Shown here one piece after another: positions 62,701-64,000 of a stretch of 64,000 nucleotides of DNA. Under the pieces are notes generated by a model, which saw only the letters and a program-made list of their open reading frames with translations, made no database searches and was not told the DNA's origin. Every line of letters starts with the position of its first letter. Position 1 is the first letter of the stretch. Made by a program: the position numbers and the translations under genes. Source of the stretch: Thalia democratica (Eukaryota); contig OZ241827.1 in assembly GCA_965202585.1 (NCBI GenBank), positions 10,726,001 through 10,790,000 on the forward strand. Reading direction: 5' to 3'.

Positions 62701-63380
62701 TTGCTTCCACTTAATCCAGCCAATAGAAAGGCTTCGAAAAACTTTTGTGTGTTTGCACAAGTATATTGCTTTGCAAAATATTCAGCACAAGTTGAAAGCG
62801 CGGTAATTTTTCTTGCAAATATGATAAGTCGACAAATTATTTTTAAATTTGCACGCTCAATAACTCAATCAGGTTATTTTCAATTTTTACTTTTCTGACT
62901 GGTAGATATAAGGCTACTTATCTTTTTGATAAACTACGTAATGCTCATTACGGCAAGTGCTCAGGGTGAAAAGTGTAGAGGCAATTTACATTTTTCAAAA
63001 GCAATTTCAGTTTTTTTTTAGTGCAAACTAGACCAAACCAAATATCCACTTGATTATTTTATTAGTTATTAGATTAAAATTTTGTTGCTTAATTTATTCA
63101 CTTTTGAGGCTTTTGGTGTTTCAAAAAAAAGTACAATCACAAAAACCCTAAAATTAACAAAAAATCACGATCAACAAACTAACATGGTACTCGGTCGGAA
63201 CCTGAGGTAGGATATAAGGTGCATGCCGTTCCTGGAACACCTGACGGTGGATCCCCTGTAGCAGGAGCAGTACCTGGGGCAGCGGTGCCTGTGCGCCCTA
63301 TACCTTCTGTTTTGCGCCTCATTGCAGGTAATTAACGTTGTGGCGATGATAAGTAGCAGTTGAAAGGTGGACGGCTTCAT
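5551..63380 (-). CDS. PXDN: Peroxidasin, whole gene model: 35 exons, 4818 nt, 1605 aa; SP-LRRNT-5xLRR-LRRCT-5xIg-linker-haem peroxidase-coiled coil
   Basis: Every exon listed below has AG/GT boundaries and matching phases, and the exon lengths sum to a multiple of 3 ending in TAA. The LRR+Ig+peroxidase architecture is diagnostic of peroxidasin. Catalytic motifs [27 protein letters not shown] and QRGRDH are intact. Confidence 0.96.
5982..6226 (-). CDS. PXDN: PXDN exon 34 (end of peroxidase domain)
   Basis: 245 nt; [41 protein letters not shown]...[31 protein letters not shown]. Confidence 0.95.
7427..7587 (-). CDS. PXDN: PXDN exon 33
   Basis: 161 nt; [53 protein letters not shown](W). Confidence 0.96.
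8535..8741 (-). CDS. PXDN: PXDN exon 32
   Basis: 207 nt; [69 protein letters not shown]. Confidence 0.96.
11129..11261 (-). CDS. PXDN: PXDN exon 31
   Basis: 133 nt; [44 protein letters not shown]. Confidence 0.95.
12209..12351 (-). CDS. PXDN: PXDN exon 30 (proximal His)
   Basis: 143 nt; [47 protein letters not shown]. Confidence 0.96.
13001..13153 (-). CDS. PXDN: PXDN exon 29
   Basis: 153 nt; [51 protein letters not shown]. Confidence 0.96.
13413..13528 (-). CDS. PXDN: PXDN exon 28 (distal Arg, ester Glu)
   Basis: 116 nt; [40 protein letters not shown] second in-frame acceptor lies 9 nt inside the exon. Confidence 0.92.
14083..14248 (-). CDS. PXDN: PXDN exon 27 (Ca-binding [12 protein letters not shown])
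   Basis: 166 nt; [55 protein letters not shown]. Donor GTACGT; a weaker in-frame GTACTG lies 6 nt upstream. Confidence 0.93.
15573..15736 (-). CDS. PXDN: PXDN exon 26 (His/Gly-rich loop, REQINQ)
   Basis: 164 nt; [55 protein letters not shown]. Confidence 0.95.
17342..17586 (-). CDS. PXDN: PXDN exon 25 (distal Gln/Asp/His)
   Basis: 245 nt; LPSPRSVS...[18 protein letters not shown]...[15 protein letters not shown]. Confidence 0.96.
18482..18619 (-). CDS. PXDN: PXDN exon 24 (start of peroxidase domain)
   Basis: 138 nt; [45 protein letters not shown]. Confidence 0.96.
18953..19130 (-). CDS. PXDN: PXDN exon 23
   Basis: 178 nt; [59 protein letters not shown]. The ANLSGC..NC...C cysteines are conserved. 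Confidence 0.92.
20327..20618. mobile_element. hAT MITE, 292 bp
   Basis: TIRs CAGGGTTTTCAAA / CAGGGCTTACCAAA; perfect 8-bp TSD ATCTAGAT (20319-20326 and 20619-20626); internal 19-bp tandem unit GGCCTATAAGCATTAAAGA x3. Confidence 0.9.
20666..20829 (-). CDS. PXDN: PXDN exon 22 (propeptide-like region with RRARR)
   Basis: 164 nt; [54 protein letters not shown], resembling peroxidasin DLLALFRYP...RAGEIF. Confidence 0.91.
21660..22905. repeat. Unclassified interspersed repeat, copy B (same orientation as copy A)
   Basis: Same three blocks as 1555-2800, in the same order; boundaries approximate. Confidence 0.75.
23915..24011 (-). CDS. PXDN: PXDN exon 21 (pre-peroxidase helix)
   Basis: 97 nt; [32 protein letters not shown], resembling the peroxidasin VDRAINST segment. 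Confidence 0.9.
24160..24276 (-). CDS. PXDN: PXDN exon 20 (inserted acidic linker ending in RSKR)
   Basis: 117 nt, phase 1/1, TTTTAG|...|GTTAGT; [39 protein letters not shown]. No family homology recognised; the call rests on the splice sites, open frame and phase fit. Confidence 0.72.
25355..25465 (-). CDS. PXDN: PXDN exon 19 (end of Ig5 plus inserted linker)
   Basis: 111 nt, phase 1/1; [43 protein letters not shown] supplies the last Ig strand. Confidence 0.88.
25669..25788 (-). CDS. PXDN: PXDN exon 18 (Ig5, C-terminal half)
   Basis: 120 nt; [40 protein letters not shown]. Confidence 0.91.
26642..26772 (-). CDS. PXDN: PXDN exon 17 (Ig5, N-terminal half)
   Basis: 131 nt; [43 protein letters not shown]. 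Confidence 0.91.
27803..31205 (-). mobile_element. hAT DNA transposon (Charlie/SPIN-like), 3403 bp, with a decayed transposase
   Basis: TIRs CAGGGATCGGCAAAC / CAGGGGTCGGCAGGC; multiple subterminal GGCCCGCG repeats at both ends; perfect 8-bp TSD ATTTAGAA (27795-27802 and 31206-31213). Confidence 0.93.
29380..29700 (-). pseudogene. Decayed hAT transposase core (GTF2IRD2/SPIN-like)
   Basis: Minus strand reads [36 protein letters not shown] (compare DESTD..D.AQL.IFIRGV...EE.L...M..T) and [12 protein letters not shown] (compare HCIIHQEALCAK), with in-frame stops. The remnant probably extends further on both sides. Confidence 0.8.
31280..31586. repeat. Local tandem duplication of about 125-135 bp in intron 16
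   Basis: CTGACTACTA.TAAGCTAGAAAGTTTTTATTCGTATTT...CTCATAAATCTACCATCGGTTA occurs twice, about 178 nt apart. Confidence 0.85.
31615..31792 (-). CDS. PXDN: PXDN exon 16 (Ig4 C-terminal half, start of Ig5)
   Basis: 178 nt; [59 protein letters not shown]. Confidence 0.93.
31950..32202. repeat. Possible MITE remnant with 17-bp subterminal units
   Basis: TCGTGCAA(A/T)(A/T)TTGACCC-like unit x3 at 32146-32196 and an inverted AAAATTTGCACGA at 31956-31968. No TSD found. Confidence 0.4.
32438..32554 (-). CDS. PXDN: PXDN exon 15 (Ig4, N-terminal half)
   Basis: 117 nt; [39 protein letters not shown]. Confidence 0.93.
32899..33009 (-). CDS. PXDN: PXDN exon 14 (Ig3, C-terminal half)
   Basis: 111 nt; [37 protein letters not shown]. 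Confidence 0.92.
34848..35009 (-). CDS. PXDN: PXDN exon 13 (Ig3, N-terminal half)
   Basis: 162 nt; [53 protein letters not shown]. Confidence 0.94.
35312..35422 (-). CDS. PXDN: PXDN exon 12 (Ig2, C-terminal half)
   Basis: 111 nt; [37 protein letters not shown]. Confidence 0.93.
36060..36370. promoter_or_regulatory. Candidate intronic enhancer
   Basis: Non-coding island of higher GC containing five CACTT/AAGTG cores, two TAATCC and two GATAA motifs. Motif content only; no functional evidence. Confidence 0.35.
38319..38938. mobile_element. Tc1/mariner-superfamily (pogo/Tigger-like) MITE, 620 bp
   Basis: Perfect 25-bp TIR CAGTAGACTACCGCTTAAGTACGCA, TA on both flanks (38317-38318 and 38939-38940), subterminal GTGCGTAC repeats. 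Confidence 0.92.
39638..39763. repeat. Tandem duplication (period 71) spanning the exon 11 donor
   Basis: ATATTATGA.GTCATA.AAACGAA.CTAACA.ATCATGACGAAGTAGTTGGGATC occurs twice. Confidence 0.88.
39739..39865 (-). CDS. PXDN: PXDN exon 11 (Ig2)
   Basis: 127 nt; [42 protein letters not shown]. Confidence 0.92.
41718..41836 (-). CDS. PXDN: PXDN exon 10 (end of Ig1, start of Ig2)
   Basis: 119 nt, TTGCAG|GTGAGT...|GTGAGT; [40 protein letters not shown]. Confidence 0.92.
45661..45743 (-). CDS. PXDN: PXDN exon 9 (Ig1, middle)
   Basis: 83 nt; [27 protein letters not shown]. Confidence 0.92.
46262..46379 (-). CDS. PXDN: PXDN exon 8 (Ig1, N-terminal half)
   Basis: 118 nt; [38 protein letters not shown]. 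Confidence 0.93.
46743..46918 (-). CDS. PXDN: PXDN exon 7 (LRRCT)
   Basis: 176 nt; [19 protein letters not shown]...AKCVTPRHV...FTCDGSSD, matching the LRRCT pattern NPxxCDC...C...C. Confidence 0.94.
49762..49833 (-). CDS. PXDN: PXDN exon 6 (LRR5)
   Basis: 72 nt, TTTCAG|...|GTAAGT; (L)[23 protein letters not shown]. Confidence 0.94.
50187..50258 (-). CDS. PXDN: PXDN exon 5 (LRR4)
   Basis: 72 nt, TTTCAG|...|GTAAGT; (L)[23 protein letters not shown]. Confidence 0.94.
50597..50668 (-). CDS. PXDN: PXDN exon 4 (LRR3)
   Basis: 72 nt, TTACAG|...|GTGAGT; (L)[23 protein letters not shown]. Confidence 0.94.
51482..51553 (-). CDS. PXDN: PXDN exon 3 (LRR2)
   Basis: 72 nt, TTACAG|...|GTAAGT; (L)[23 protein letters not shown]. 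Confidence 0.94.
54847..54918 (-). CDS. PXDN: PXDN exon 2 (LRR1)
   Basis: 72 nt, TTTCAG|...|GTTAGT; (I)[23 protein letters not shown]. Confidence 0.93.
57423..57619 (-). CDS. PXDN: PXDN exon 1b: proximal alternative first coding exon, signal peptide + LRRNT
   Basis: [48 protein letters not shown]...RPAT. 197 nt, ends AT|GTAAGG (phase 2), in frame with exon 2. Confidence 0.88.
58643..58705 (-). promoter_or_regulatory. Candidate TATA box plus short non-coding leader exon for exon 1b
   Basis: Minus-strand TATAAATA at 58705-58698, followed by a donor-like AA|GTATGT at 58642; exon 1b is preceded by acceptor-like AGs. Confidence 0.3.
63184..63380 (-). CDS. PXDN: PXDN exon 1a: distal first coding exon, signal peptide + LRRNT
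   Basis: [48 protein letters not shown]...RPST. 197 nt, ends AT|GTTAGT (phase 2), in frame with exon 2. Confidence 0.85.
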
Positions 63381-64000
63381 TGCATGGCAGTATCAGGTGG
63401 AGATTGTTTGACTTTTTTTTTAATATTTAATTAAACAGTTTGTATGCTTAGAAACTCTGGATAAACAGTTACTATAATACTAATCAGCTTTTAAAAAACT
63501 TTCTTAAAATATTTGATCTCAACTAAAGTCTAATTTTTTATGTGCATTGTATATTTTTTCAGGTTTATAAAAAAAGAATAGTCTAAAAATAATGTTTAAC
63601 TAAAATTAATATCAAACCTTTTAGTTAAACGAGTTTTTGTTAATGTTCTATTAAACCTGTTGTTAAGTAGCAAATTAACAAAACTACTCATCAAAAAATC
63701 TTAAACACAAAAACTTTTTAAATTGACCGTATTCTTCCGCTTATTTGATTTTACTTTGCCTGTGACGTAATTTTAAAAGTTATTTATAACTCAAAATACC
63801 TTGCGCTTGAAATGCAACAGTCAATCAACTAAATCCACGTTAACTTTCTAAATTATCACTAAATCAAAACTGCTAGAAACTTTACATCTTAAAAACTATC
63901 TTATTTGTAAAAAAAAACTCTAACAACGGCTGCAACCGGTCAAAATAATCTCTTAAAAAACGTTTGTCTTTAACGATGTATTTGCACAGCTAAGCTTTTG

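Noticed and set aside
57620-63183. A second, tandem peroxidasin gene headed by exon 1a
   Set aside because: No LRR, Ig or peroxidase exons were found between exons 1a and 1b, so 1a has only the shared exon 2 to join.
1-64000. CRISPR arrays, rRNA, tRNA or prokaryotic operons
   Set aside because: None seen. The window is spliced eukaryotic DNA, and its short repeats are transposon subterminal units or local duplications.

Overview
AT-rich eukaryotic (invertebrate) genomic DNA, almost entirely occupied by one minus-strand gene: a peroxidasin (PXDN). I reconstructed it by hand as 35 GT-AG exons with consistent intron phases: 4818 nt of CDS, 1605 aa, from 63380 (or 57619) down to the stop at 5551. 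Domain order: signal peptide, LRRNT, 5 LRRs on 72-bp exons, LRRCT, five Ig domains, inserted linker exons, an animal haem peroxidase domain (QFLDHD, RANEH, RFGH), a furin-type site, a coiled coil, then stop with no VWC domain. Departures from the canonical peroxidasin: (1) two 197-nt, same-phase signal-peptide+LRRNT exons that can only be used as alternatives; (2) a fifth Ig domain; (3) two extra convertase-type sites (RSKR, RRARR) between the Ig domains and the catalytic domain, the first removable by an in-frame alternative donor; (4) a His/Gly-rich loop in the peroxidase domain. Introns and the 3' flank hold three hAT (Buster/Charlie-type) insertions with perfect 8-bp TSDs, a pogo/Tigger-like MITE, a fold-back MITE and an unclassified two-copy repeat. 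An ascidian (tunicate) origin is inferred from base composition and TGACGTCA-rich exons, not shown. All family comparisons are from memory; no searches were run.
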